Positions 16,184 through 25,866 of a stretch of DNA of 33,642 bases are shown one piece after another. The notes beneath the pieces were generated by a model. The model ran no database searches and was not told where the DNA came from. It was given only the letters and a program-made list of their open reading frames with translations. A program made the position numbers and the translations under genes. Source of the stretch: an uncultured bacterium. Its GTDB lineage: Bacteria; Cyanobacteriota; Vampirovibrionia; Gastranaerophilales; Gastranaerophilaceae. Position 1 is the first letter of the stretch. Each line of letters opens with the position of its first letter. The stretch is taken from assembly GCA_945910925.1 (NCBI GenBank), contig CAMDZX010000001.1, forward strand, positions 1 to 33,642, given 5' to 3'.

Positions 16184-17530
16184 ATGTTTAAGAAAGTTTT
16201 GGTTGCAAATAGGGGTGAAATAGCTGTAAGAGTTATAAGGGCTTGCAGAGAGTTGGGTATTCCGACAGTTGCAATATATTCAGAGGCTGATGCAGATTCT
16301 TTGCACGTTAGATTAGCTACTGATGCATATTGTATAGGACCTGCGCCAAGTAATAAAAGTTATTTAAGTATTCCTGCGATTATGTCTACCGCAATAATGA
16401 CGGGTGCGGATGCAATACATCCCGGATATGGTTTTATGTCAGAAAGAGCAGATTTCGTAGATATTTGTGACCAACACGGAATCAAGTTTATTGGACCAAC
16501 CGCAGAAGCTATGCGAAAAATGGGTGACAAAGCAACTGCCAGAAAAACAATGATAGAAAATAATGTTCCTGTTACACCGGGAACAGGCATTGTCAAAACC
16601 GTTAAAGAGGTTCAAGAGTTCGGAAATAAGGTAGGCTACCCGATAATTTTAAAAGCAACGGCAGGCGGCGGCGGAAAAGGAATGAGAATATGTCGTGAGG
16701 ACGCTGATGTTGAAACCAATCTAAACCTTTGCCAATCAGAAGCTCAAAGTTTCTTTGGAAATCCGGATGTCTATGCGGAAAAATACCTTGAAAATCCTCG
16801 ACATATTGAGGTTCAAATTCTTGCAGATAAATACGGGAATGTAATCCATTTAGGTGAAAGAGATTGTTCGATTCAAAGACGACATCAAAAATTACTTGAA
16901 GAAGCTCCTTCTCCTGCAATTGATGAAGAAACAAGAAAAGAAATGGGTGCGGCTGCAGTAAGAGCCGCTAAAGCTATTAATTATGAGGGTGCAGGAACCT
17001 GCGAATTCCTTCTTGACCACGACGGGAAATGGTATTTTATGGAAATGAATACACGTGTTCAGGTTGAACACTGTGTAACAGAAATGATTTCTCAAATAGA
17101 TATTGTTCGTGAGCAAATTCTTGTTGCTTCAGGGGAAAAACTTGGTTATACACAAGAGGATGTCCGTCTAAGAGGACATGCAATAGAGTGCCGTATAAAT
17201 GCAGAAGACCCTGATAAAGATTTTATGCCTTGTCCGGGTAAAATAGACGGATATTTTGCTCCAGGAGGATTTGGTATTAGAGTCGATTCTCATGTCTATC
17301 CCGGATATTCAATACCACCATATTATGACTCAATGATTGGAAAACTTATTTGTTGGGGTGAAACTCGTAATGCGGCAAGACGTAGAATGTATCAGGCTTT
17401 AAAAGAGTATGTGGTTACGGGTATTAAAACAACAATACCGTTCCATCAAGAAATTGTTGAAGATGAAGTCTTTATAAGCGGTAATTTTAATACCGGCTTT
17501 ATTGAAGATTTTAATAAAAGACACCAATAG
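16184..17530 (+). CDS. accC: Biotin carboxylase subunit of acetyl-CoA carboxylase
   Basis: Contains KVLVANRGEIAVRVIRACRELGI, GGGGKGMR, EMNTRVQVEH and the full ATP-grasp architecture. It is 448 aa. Confidence 0.95.
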   Translation: MFKKVLVANRGEIAVRVIRACRELGIPTVAIYSEADADSLHVRLATDAYCIGPAPSNKSYLSIPAIMSTAIMTGADAIHPGYGFMSERADFVDICDQHGIKFIGPTAEAMRKMGDKATARKTMIENNVPVTPGTGIVKTVKEVQEFGNKVGYPIILKATAGGGGKGMRICREDADVETNLNLCQSEAQSFFGNPDVYAEKYLENPRHIEVQILADKYGNVIHLGERDCSIQRRHQKLLEEAPSPAIDEETRKEMGAAAVRAAKAINYEGAGTCEFLLDHDGKWYFMEMNTRVQVEHCVTEMISQIDIVREQILVASGEKLGYTQEDVRLRGHAIECRINAEDPDKDFMPCPGKIDGYFAPGGFGIRVDSHVYPGYSIPPYYDSMIGKLICWGETRNAARRRMYQALKEYVVTGIKTTIPFHQEIVEDEVFISGNFNTGFIEDFNKRHQ

Positions 17531-17557
17531 ATAGAAATTGTGTCCTCAATAACTTAG

Positions 17558-17589
17558 AAAAAAGCATCCGTTTAATAGGATGCTTTTTT
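17558..17589. terminator. Bidirectional rho-independent terminator between convergent accC and the GGDEF/HD-GYP gene
   Basis: AAAAAAGCATCC-GTTTAATA-GGATGCTTTTTT is a perfect stem flanked by an A-run and a T-run, so it works on both strands. Confidence 0.75.
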
Positions 17590-17593
17590 GTTA

Positions 17594-19486
17594 TTATGTT
17601 GATAAATCATTAATTATGTTTATAAACTCATCAGCAAGACGAGAACTCCATTTTTTATCAATATCAGACTTTATCACTTCAATTGCAGCGTCCTTAGACA
17701 TAGCCTTTCTGTACGGTCTTGGCTGAATTAAGGCGAAATATGCATCAATTATTAGCACCATTTGAGATTCTAATGGAATATTTTCTCCCGACAATTTATT
17801 TGGATATCCTGTTCCGTCCCAATTTTCATGATGTTTTTCAATTATAGGAATAATGTCTTGAACAACGGATATCGGTTGCAAAATCTCTTTTGCTGCAATT
17901 ATCGGATGTTGTTTTATAACATTTCTTTCTTCATCTGTTAAAGGCGTTCTCTTTTGTAACAGTTCTTTCGGAAGCATAAGATTCCCGATATCATATAATA
18001 ATACCGCTATCTTTAACCTGTCAGTATCCTCTTTGGATAAATCAAAACGTTTTGCAAGAACCGATGCAACCATCATTTTTGATTTCGTTAAACCATCTTT
18101 ATGGTTTGGATTGTATATCTCCGAAAGTGAATCAGAGATTGAATACAAAGCTTCTCTATCAGGTGACAGCATTTGCAATCTTTCGTTTAAACGAGTATAC
18201 ATACTCTCATCAAGAGGAATTCGGTGTTTGGATATAAGTTCAATAAACGTATCAACCGCAATATCTTGCCAAGACTCTTTGTTATGTAATTCGGCAAGGG
18301 TAACCCTATTTCGACCGTTTTTCTTAGAAATATACATCGCTTGATCTGTCAATTCCAATAATTCCTGAATATTATCAGAATGTTCGAGATATGTTGCAAC
18401 GCCAATACTTGCAGTCACATGCCCGATAGTATCTATCTTACGTGATTCAATAGCTTTTCTTATACGTTCCGCAGCAATCATACCCCCTTCCGAATCAACT
18501 CCCGGAAGCAGGATATTAAATTCTTCTCCACCCATTCGAGCAACGACATCAATAGAACGAGCATTCGATTTTAACGCAGATGCGACAGTTCTGATTGCAA
18601 CATCCCCAAAAGCATGACCATATTTATCGTTAATCTGTTTAAGATGGTCTAAATCAATCCCGACAATAGTGAATTTTTGGTTTTGACGTTGCGCACGGAG
18701 TAGTTCTTTTTGCAAAAATTCTTCAAAATAGCGCCTGTTATTTAAACCTGTTAAACTGTCCGTAACGGCTTGTTCCTTAACTGTTTGGAAAAGCTCGGCA
18801 ATGGTAATTGCAAGTTCAATTTGCTTAGAAAACAAGTCTAAAAATGTAAGTTCGGATTCCGTCACCTCTGCGCGTGAAGAAAAAACTACCAACGACCCGA
18901 AATGTGTTCCGTTTTGAGTAAGCGGTACTACAAGATACGAACGCCAACCCGTTGATTTTATTAGTTTTATTCGCTTAACTTTATCAATATCAGGGAACAT
19001 ATTTTCTAAGCATTCATCAAGATTACTGCTTTGGTATATCCTATTTTCATTGACACATTTATCACGTTCTTCATTGTGTACATAATTAATGCGGCTCTCA
19101 TATAAAGAGGTTGGTAAAATTGACGAGAATTTGTCAATAAAATCACAAGATGCATCTGCCATTATATTTATATATTCACCTTCATCATCTTGCTTTACTT
19201 GTATTATTGCACTATATAAATAGCCTAACTCACCCTGTAAGCTATTGACTATTGAATCCAAAACATTTGTCAAAGGCTCAGATGAATTCATCATTTGCCA
19301 TATATGTTGTACGGTAAGCAAACGTCTGTTAGCAAGTTGAAGCTCTTGCGTACGTTCTTCTATTTCGGCTTCAAGGCGAAGATTTTTTTCATATACTTCC
19401 AAAAAATCTTGTTTTGATGAATATATATTAGATTCTACATTATTAACTTGTTTTCTGAATTCTTCAAATTTCTTCCAAAAATTCAT
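17594..19486 (-). CDS. Coiled-coil/GAF - GGDEF - HD-GYP hybrid c-di-GMP turnover or sensor protein
   Basis: GGDEF domain with RMGGEEF (nt 18518-18532) and an RSID I-site 5 residues upstream. C-terminal HD-GYP region with KQHP, EKHHENWDGTGYP and IIDAY. LLYDIGN replaces the HDxGK motif (Y at nt 17993-17995), and KSKMMV sits where HSxRV is expected. I prefer the ATG at 19486, preceded by GAGGTGG. Confidence 0.85.
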   Translation of the reverse strand: MNFWKKFEEFRKQVNNVESNIYSSKQDFLEVYEKNLRLEAEIEERTQELQLANRRLLTVQHIWQMMNSSEPLTNVLDSIVNSLQGELGYLYSAIIQVKQDDEGEYINIMADASCDFIDKFSSILPTSLYESRINYVHNEERDKCVNENRIYQSSNLDECLENMFPDIDKVKRIKLIKSTGWRSYLVVPLTQNGTHFGSLVVFSSRAEVTESELTFLDLFSKQIELAITIAELFQTVKEQAVTDSLTGLNNRRYFEEFLQKELLRAQRQNQKFTIVGIDLDHLKQINDKYGHAFGDVAIRTVASALKSNARSIDVVARMGGEEFNILLPGVDSEGGMIAAERIRKAIESRKIDTIGHVTASIGVATYLEHSDNIQELLELTDQAMYISKKNGRNRVTLAELHNKESWQDIAVDTFIELISKHRIPLDESMYTRLNERLQMLSPDREALYSISDSLSEIYNPNHKDGLTKSKMMVASVLAKRFDLSKEDTDRLKIAVLLYDIGNLMLPKELLQKRTPLTDEERNVIKQHPIIAAKEILQPISVVQDIIPIIEKHHENWDGTGYPNKLSGENIPLESQMVLIIDAYFALIQPRPYRKAMSKDAAIEVIKSDIDKKWSSRLADEFINIINDLST

Positions 19487-19502
19487 AACCACCTCAGGGG
19501 TT

Positions 19503-19531
19503 ATTATACAATACATTCTCGGTTTAGTAAA
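19503..19531 (-). promoter_or_regulatory. Possible sigma-70-type promoter (TTTACT-N17-TATAAT) in the spacer between the giant gene and the GGDEF/HD-GYP gene
   Basis: Hexamers at 19526-19531 and 19503-19508 (minus strand) with a 17-nt spacer. The implied transcript would start almost at the SD, so it is uncertain whether this promoter is used. Confidence 0.3.
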
Positions 19532-19536
19532 CAAAT

Positions 19537-22500
19537 TTATTCATCAATACGACTGACTCCTAAATATCCGGAACTGTTTTTACCGGCATTCGAGAGTAAT
19601 TGGTTACTATATTCCTGAAATTCATCATATTTTTTATTAAATTTTTCTCTTTCTGCAAGAGCAGGTGAATATTCAGGAATATTAAGGCTATTTACTATAC
19701 TATAACTGTTATTAATATATTTAAGCGGTTCTTGTTTCGAAATTAAATCTTCATTAACCATTCTTCCTACTTTACTGTTAGCCTGCGTTATAAATTCCAA
19801 TAGAAGTACATTCTTAGGAGTTCCCGGAGTCTGAGAAATTATTTTCTTCACCTCATCGAGAGTTTTTAAGTAAATCTTAACGGATTTTTTATCATCCATT
19901 TTTTGTGTTTTTTCAATAATATTTTTCTTTGCAATATTGATTTTCTTTATATACTGCTTATCAGAAATTGTATCATCTTGTGCAATATTATCAATTTCTT
20001 CTTTTACGATTGTTGAAAGATTATTTGTTGTTCCAAGAATTTTTACAACATCATCAGTGATTTTTTTAGCATTATCAAAATCGACAAGTTCATTTTGCGC
20101 CTTTAAGTATTTATCAGCGAGTCCGAGTTTATCAATAAATATTATTGCCGTTGACTTGTCGTCATTCCCGGATAGGGAACCAACAATATAATCTACGACT
20201 TTATTATCATCCATTGTCAGAATTGCTCCTGTATCTTTATCTTGCAATTCAGTTTTGATATCTTTGAAATTACTTGCGACGAGCGGAGCATTTCCTGTAG
20301 CAACCGCACTCATTAAGAGTTCTTGCATTTCAACCAATTGTGCACAAACAATCAGAGAACCTATATTTTCGGTTTTTGTAGTTAATTCTGTCAGAGAGTC
20401 AGAAGATGTTTTAGGGTCAGAAGAATGTATAGGACTATCTTTTGAATATAATATCAAACAACTGTTAAGTAACTCGACCGGTGACATTAAATTGTGATAT
20501 CTTCTATAATCTTTGTAAAATTTCTCTTTAGCTTCATAAGCCCGCTGAGGATTATATTTTGATTGTTTAGCCGTAATGGCATTGTTTACGGTATTTTTAA
20601 CTTTATTTGTTACAGCTTGTCTGTATTCAGGTTTGATATTGCCATACACAAATTCCTGTGTATCATCTTGAATTTTGGCTATAACCATATTAAAATCATC
20701 TTTAAAATATTCTTTATCTTCACCTTCTAAATTTTGAATAGCATTTGCATCAGCAGAAAGTTGAAGAATATTATTTTCCAGTTTATTCATATAAGTTCTT
20801 TTAGTCATACTGAAAGATTTTTTAGGAATTGAATATTTTTTGAATATATTATTCAAATTATCCATTTCCACAGTTAAATCTAAGGTTGGATTATTATCTT
20901 TCATTTCCTCTCTTATCCAATTGTTGGCATCATTTTTAACCTTATTACGATACTTTTCTTGTATGGTTGAATTTATAATTGTATCCAGTGTTAAGTTTAA
21001 AAGTTTATTATTTTCAACAATTTGTTTTTTCATTTCATCTTCAGGATTTATTTTCTTTAATACATCCATTTCGGTAATCAATCCTGAAGCTGCATTTTTG
21101 TAATCTGCACCTGTTGCATTTTCATCAAGCTCAAGAATATTTTGAGCTGACATTAATGATTTTTTTATGGAAGAATCATCCATTTTTGATGACAGAAACA
21201 TACCTGCAAGTATATTTATTTTATTTGCAGATTTCGTTGACGGTATTTTATCATCAGGGATTAAGTTAATTTCTTTTATCAATTTCTCTGTAAGGTGTGT
21301 TGTTTTGATAGAATCCTTCATTGCATTAATATTTGCAATATAATCGATTACACTTTCATCTATACTTTGAAGTTTTTTATCAAAATCTTTTTCTCCAATA
21401 TAATCAACCTTAGGGTAGGCAGGAAAATACCCTCCTGCTTTTATATTTGCATCTTTATACTTATTAAACATTTTATCGTATGTTAACGTTATAAATGAGT
21501 TTGAAAGCTCACTATACAACTCATCAAATGTACGATTCTGAGTATAAATTATACCCTGGTTATGCTTATATAACTTATTGTATTTATATGCAGGTTTTGT
21601 AGGAGAAAAATCGTAATCATTAAAGACTTCTTCTTGATAAATACTGTTCTTAACTAAATTATTAATTTGTTTATCCGCACCTTTATACCTTTTAAGTATA
21701 TCAAAACCTGAACAATTTTTAATTCCGATATCTTCGTCTTTTAAATCTGATGTTTCTTTATTGAATTCCTCAGTTGTCATATCTTGAAGTCTTCTGTATA
21801 TTTTTACAAAATCTGCATTTGTTTCCGGATTGTATTTTTTATCAATATAATTAGCAATTGCGGTAAATTTTGTAGACTTATTATTGACATCATCTTCATT
21901 TATATAAAGAGCATCTTCAAGACTGTTAGTCAGATTTTCTCTAATTTCTTGTTTGGCTAATCGAGCATTGTCCGAATCAGGAATAACTGAATCAAATTTT
22001 TTTAATGTTTTATTAACCATAAATCCTATTGTATTTTTCAGACTGCCGTCAAAATCTTTTTTCTCATCTTTTGAATACATTGCCACATTTTTAACAATTG
22101 CAGCTTTTTGTTTTTCATCAATTTTTATACCATATTTATTCAGCGCATTATCAATAATTGGTATAATTTGATTAGTCTTAGAATCTAGAGTGTATGAATA
22201 TAGGATTTCCGGTTCTTTTGCAAAAGAATAATTAAAATAACTTTTGGCAATTTTATTTCTGGTTTTATATGATTTCCCTAACTCTTTAACATTTTTTACT
22301 TTTGATAGAGTTTTCCATTCACTATCATCAGGGTATGATGCCTGAAATGCTGCTTTTTCACATATAACTTTTACATAGTTATCATCAGGGAGCTTCTCAT
22401 AATCCTCCTGTGAATCTATACCCTTATGAAAAGGGGTAGTATATAAAGCTTCATTAAAAGATTTAAGTTTCTTATTGTAATTATTTACACTTGTTTGATT

Positions 22501-25500
22501 TTTTATTATTGCTGCTTTTATTTCTTCTGAAGTCATATCAGAGGCTATTCTAATTAAATGATTGTAATGACATGCATTTGAATGAAAGATGCTATCTTTA
22601 ATTTCTAATGCTATTGATTTTGTTTTTCCATCATTACCTGTTATAATCACATCCGACATTATAGGGAATTTATGTTCATATTCTTGTCCTACAAGTTTCT
22701 TTAATTGTTTATTTTCCGGAGATGATGCAGAGATATAACCCGATTTATAACGTAAATCATCAACATAATTTCCGTTTCTATATTTGTCATTGGTAATATA
22801 TCCTGTTTCACCTCCTCTGTTATCAGAATAATCTGTATGAGTAACACCTTCAGAATCAACCCAAACATTATCTTTCTCGGATGCCCCCCAAGTATTATCA
22901 TGGTATAAAACATCTTTACCGTTTATAGAAGATATTTCCGCAATATATTGAGCATGTCCGCCCATTCTATTATGAAAGACTGACGAACCTGAAATCCCGG
23001 AGTGTTCACCTGTTTTAATTTTTGAAACAGCTTTATCAAGATTATTTGTAACTCGATATCTGTTATCAGTAATCATTTCAAGAATTTTAATTTCTTGTGG
23101 AGTATGTAAACCGGAGCCGGTTTGGCAAGTCCAATACTCTCCTGATTCTATACCACTTTTTCTTGCATGTTCTTCCAACGGTTGTCTAATATCTGATAAA
23201 ACAAATGCCAGTTCTTTATTAGTTTCCGAATACATTTTGTTAATAGATTTATCAATATGTTTTAGTGTTTCTTTTTCCTGCTTTGTAAGTTTATATAGAG
23301 AGGAGTCGGAAATTTTTCCTTGACGACCTGAGAACTCATCTTCGGAACGAATTTTATCTATTCGATTAAATCTGTTTTGTAACAACTTAAGTTCGTTTGT
23401 TGGTATAATATCTCCCTGTTTTTCCATACGCTTTATTATTTCATAATGCGTTTCCGGGCAATTCAGAATATTATGTTGATTGTCAATGATTGTCATTGAA
23501 CTGCGAATATTTGTTATATTTTCAGATACTGAGTTAAAAAGGTTTCCCCATTCTTGTAAGAGTGCAAGGGTTTCTTCCGTTGAATAATTTTCAGGTAAAC
23601 CGTTTGCTGTTTTATAATTTTTTAGAATATTTTGTTTTACTTCATCATCCGGATTAATTACAGCATCTGCGACAATACCAAACATATCAGCACATGCCTG
23701 TAATTGATCTTTATGACCTAATTTATTAAAAATCTCCGTATATTGTTTTTCATTCGGATTATTACTAAGAATTTGTTCAAATTTTTCATATTCTTTTTTT
23801 ATTTTGGTTTTATTAGTAGAATCCATCCCTAAGGTATATGCAGAACCCGTCCAAATAGCTTTATTTCCATCTTTGAGTCCCGATTTAATATTCTGTACTT
23901 CTGACAATAATACATCTTTTCTGCTGCCTAAGCCTAATCCATGATACATACTATCCAAAAAAGTTGTTATTGATGAATTTACCTCGTTTCTTTTATTGGT
24001 TAATTCTGTAAGAACTTCTTGTTTATTCGGATTTATACCATATACATCCGAAAAATGTTTAATATATCTTTCATCACCTGTTTTTTTAATATGGTTAATG
24101 GTTTTATCTATATTACTAACAAGGAGAGTCTCAGTATCAGGAACATCATACTTTATCATTTTGTCATGTTGATAGTCTTTGTCATTTAACGCTGTCAGAT
24201 TCGCAAAACGATAAGCAGCTGCAGCATTATATAGCATTCTTGCCTTTGATATTGGTTTACCTTGGGATGAGTATGGATGAATTTTATCTTCCAGGGTTGC
24301 TGCTTCTTCTATCAAACTTGTTATTTCTGATATGTTTTTATCCAGAGTTTCGGTATCAACCTTATCTTTATTTGAATCAATAATAAACGCCTTTACTTTA
24401 TTCTCTTTCATTGTTTTTTCTTCATTAGGAATAAAGTGATATTTTGCCTTATCATTTTTAATATTAGCTATATCAGAAGAACTTTTTGAATATAAAGCTC
24501 TAACAGAATTAAACGTAGAATGTACTTCTTTTTCTGTGGCAGCAGGTATAACTTGTGAAATATTTGATATTAAAAGATTATTAATCTTATTTAGATGTTC
24601 TAAATCTTTTTCATGGTTTCGTCTTATATCATCTCTTTTCATCCCTGTTCGAATTTGACTTGCTTTAGCTTTTCCTATCTCCTCTTTTGCAAGTAAAAGA
24701 CCTTGATAATAGCGATGTTTGTCTGCAAAATTCTTATCATCAATTGGATTCATTATTGAATTATCTCTCAAAACATCAAAGTTTTCCGCATCAAAGGGAA
24801 TATATACAGCTTCGGCTTTATTATCAGCCCCATACATATTTGCAATATTCATCCATTGTGTAGTTGAGGCATCAACTATCCTATATCCCTTATTTTGTGC
24901 ATCTTTAAAGTCAACTTGGACTTTATCTACAGGAATTTTAACACCTTCCCCTAATCGGGTTTTATCATAAACCATTACATGCGGAGTTGCATCAAGTTCT
25001 GACATAATACTGTCAACATAATCAGGTTTATACTCATAGGATGTCAGTTTTCGCGTAATTGATATTGCAGCACACATACCATGATGCTTTTGATTTATTG
25101 CTTTTGTATTAGGAATTTTAGAATCTTTTGTATCAACAACAAGGTCATTAATCATCTCTGCAAAGATAAGCGTTTTCTTATCTTTTAACTCAGGATTGAT
25201 TTCATAATCAGGACTAAGGAAGTAATCGAGCCGGTTTAGAATATATTTCTTTTGCTTCGTTGGCGTAGCTGACGAAGCAATAAAGTAATCAAGATTACTT
25301 TCAACACGCTTGATATTAGGGTCTTTCTCATCTTCAAGCTGAGTTTTATCAAGTTGAGCAAGTATATTTTTTCTGGATTCTAAAATTGATTTTTCATCCT
25401 CAGAAAGAGGTTTATTTTCTTTAAAAACACGTTTAAATTCAGGAGAAAGCTTTTCTTGCACAATTGGATTTGAAGCTGCAATTGACTTTTCGGCGGCAGT

Positions 25501-25767
25501 TTTAAGTTTTTCTTTCCAATTATTTTGCGGTTCTTTTCCTAAATCAATTGAGGTTCCATATTTCAAATTGTCAGCGACATCAAGTAAAAATTTGACATTT
25601 GATTCCCCTGATTCTTTTGATAAATTATCAATAGCATTATTTATTCTTGTCTTATTATTTTCCGTAAGAGAATAATTATTATCTTGTTTTAGTTGTTGAA
25701 CTGCATTTCTATCTTCTCTGCGACTTTTAAATGCAGGATTTATTGAGTGTAAAAAATTCAAGTTCAT
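19537..25767 (-). CDS. Giant protein (2076 aa) with putative split papain-like (clan CA, C1-like) cysteine peptidase motifs; the rest is K/N/D/E-rich and helical
   Basis: Uninterrupted 6.2-kb ORF with AAAAGGA upstream. It carries NQKHHGMCAAIS (Q226, C232, TGT at nt 25072-25074). It also carries RMGGHAQYIAEISSINGKDVLYHDNTWG...GGETGYI (H938 at nt 22954-22956, N958, W960). There is no signal peptide and no TM segment. Confidence 0.8.
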   Translation of the reverse strand: MNLNFLHSINPAFKSRREDRNAVQQLKQDNNYSLTENNKTRINNAIDNLSKESGESNVKFLLDVADNLKYGTSIDLGKEPQNNWKEKLKTAAEKSIAASNPIVQEKLSPEFKRVFKENKPLSEDEKSILESRKNILAQLDKTQLEDEKDPNIKRVESNLDYFIASSATPTKQKKYILNRLDYFLSPDYEINPELKDKKTLIFAEMINDLVVDTKDSKIPNTKAINQKHHGMCAAISITRKLTSYEYKPDYVDSIMSELDATPHVMVYDKTRLGEGVKIPVDKVQVDFKDAQNKGYRIVDASTTQWMNIANMYGADNKAEAVYIPFDAENFDVLRDNSIMNPIDDKNFADKHRYYQGLLLAKEEIGKAKASQIRTGMKRDDIRRNHEKDLEHLNKINNLLISNISQVIPAATEKEVHSTFNSVRALYSKSSSDIANIKNDKAKYHFIPNEEKTMKENKVKAFIIDSNKDKVDTETLDKNISEITSLIEEAATLEDKIHPYSSQGKPISKARMLYNAAAAYRFANLTALNDKDYQHDKMIKYDVPDTETLLVSNIDKTINHIKKTGDERYIKHFSDVYGINPNKQEVLTELTNKRNEVNSSITTFLDSMYHGLGLGSRKDVLLSEVQNIKSGLKDGNKAIWTGSAYTLGMDSTNKTKIKKEYEKFEQILSNNPNEKQYTEIFNKLGHKDQLQACADMFGIVADAVINPDDEVKQNILKNYKTANGLPENYSTEETLALLQEWGNLFNSVSENITNIRSSMTIIDNQHNILNCPETHYEIIKRMEKQGDIIPTNELKLLQNRFNRIDKIRSEDEFSGRQGKISDSSLYKLTKQEKETLKHIDKSINKMYSETNKELAFVLSDIRQPLEEHARKSGIESGEYWTCQTGSGLHTPQEIKILEMITDNRYRVTNNLDKAVSKIKTGEHSGISGSSVFHNRMGGHAQYIAEISSINGKDVLYHDNTWGASEKDNVWVDSEGVTHTDYSDNRGGETGYITNDKYRNGNYVDDLRYKSGYISASSPENKQLKKLVGQEYEHKFPIMSDVIITGNDGKTKSIALEIKDSIFHSNACHYNHLIRIASDMTSEEIKAAIIKNQTSVNNYNKKLKSFNEALYTTPFHKGIDSQEDYEKLPDDNYVKVICEKAAFQASYPDDSEWKTLSKVKNVKELGKSYKTRNKIAKSYFNYSFAKEPEILYSYTLDSKTNQIIPIIDNALNKYGIKIDEKQKAAIVKNVAMYSKDEKKDFDGSLKNTIGFMVNKTLKKFDSVIPDSDNARLAKQEIRENLTNSLEDALYINEDDVNNKSTKFTAIANYIDKKYNPETNADFVKIYRRLQDMTTEEFNKETSDLKDEDIGIKNCSGFDILKRYKGADKQINNLVKNSIYQEEVFNDYDFSPTKPAYKYNKLYKHNQGIIYTQNRTFDELYSELSNSFITLTYDKMFNKYKDANIKAGGYFPAYPKVDYIGEKDFDKKLQSIDESVIDYIANINAMKDSIKTTHLTEKLIKEINLIPDDKIPSTKSANKINILAGMFLSSKMDDSSIKKSLMSAQNILELDENATGADYKNAASGLITEMDVLKKINPEDEMKKQIVENNKLLNLTLDTIINSTIQEKYRNKVKNDANNWIREEMKDNNPTLDLTVEMDNLNNIFKKYSIPKKSFSMTKRTYMNKLENNILQLSADANAIQNLEGEDKEYFKDDFNMVIAKIQDDTQEFVYGNIKPEYRQAVTNKVKNTVNNAITAKQSKYNPQRAYEAKEKFYKDYRRYHNLMSPVELLNSCLILYSKDSPIHSSDPKTSSDSLTELTTKTENIGSLIVCAQLVEMQELLMSAVATGNAPLVASNFKDIKTELQDKDTGAILTMDDNKVVDYIVGSLSGNDDKSTAIIFIDKLGLADKYLKAQNELVDFDNAKKITDDVVKILGTTNNLSTIVKEEIDNIAQDDTISDKQYIKKINIAKKNIIEKTQKMDDKKSVKIYLKTLDEVKKIISQTPGTPKNVLLLEFITQANSKVGRMVNEDLISKQEPLKYINNSYSIVNSLNIPEYSPALAEREKFNKKYDEFQEYSNQLLSNAGKNSSGYLGVSRIDE

Positions 25768-25782
25768 TATTTATCCTTTTAT

Positions 25783-25798
25783 AAGTATAGGTATACTT
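25783..25798. promoter_or_regulatory. 16-bp palindrome AAGTATAG/GTATACTT immediately upstream of the giant-gene SD
   Basis: Read directly from the sequence. The 7-bp arms AAGTATA and TATACTT are separated by GG. It lies 16-31 nt upstream of the ATG at 25767. The function is unknown. Confidence 0.3.
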
Positions 25799-25866
25799 AC
25801 GGATAAAAACTTATAAAAAGAATTTTTGTTAAATTATTACAAAAAATTAAGAATTCTAATTTTAAT

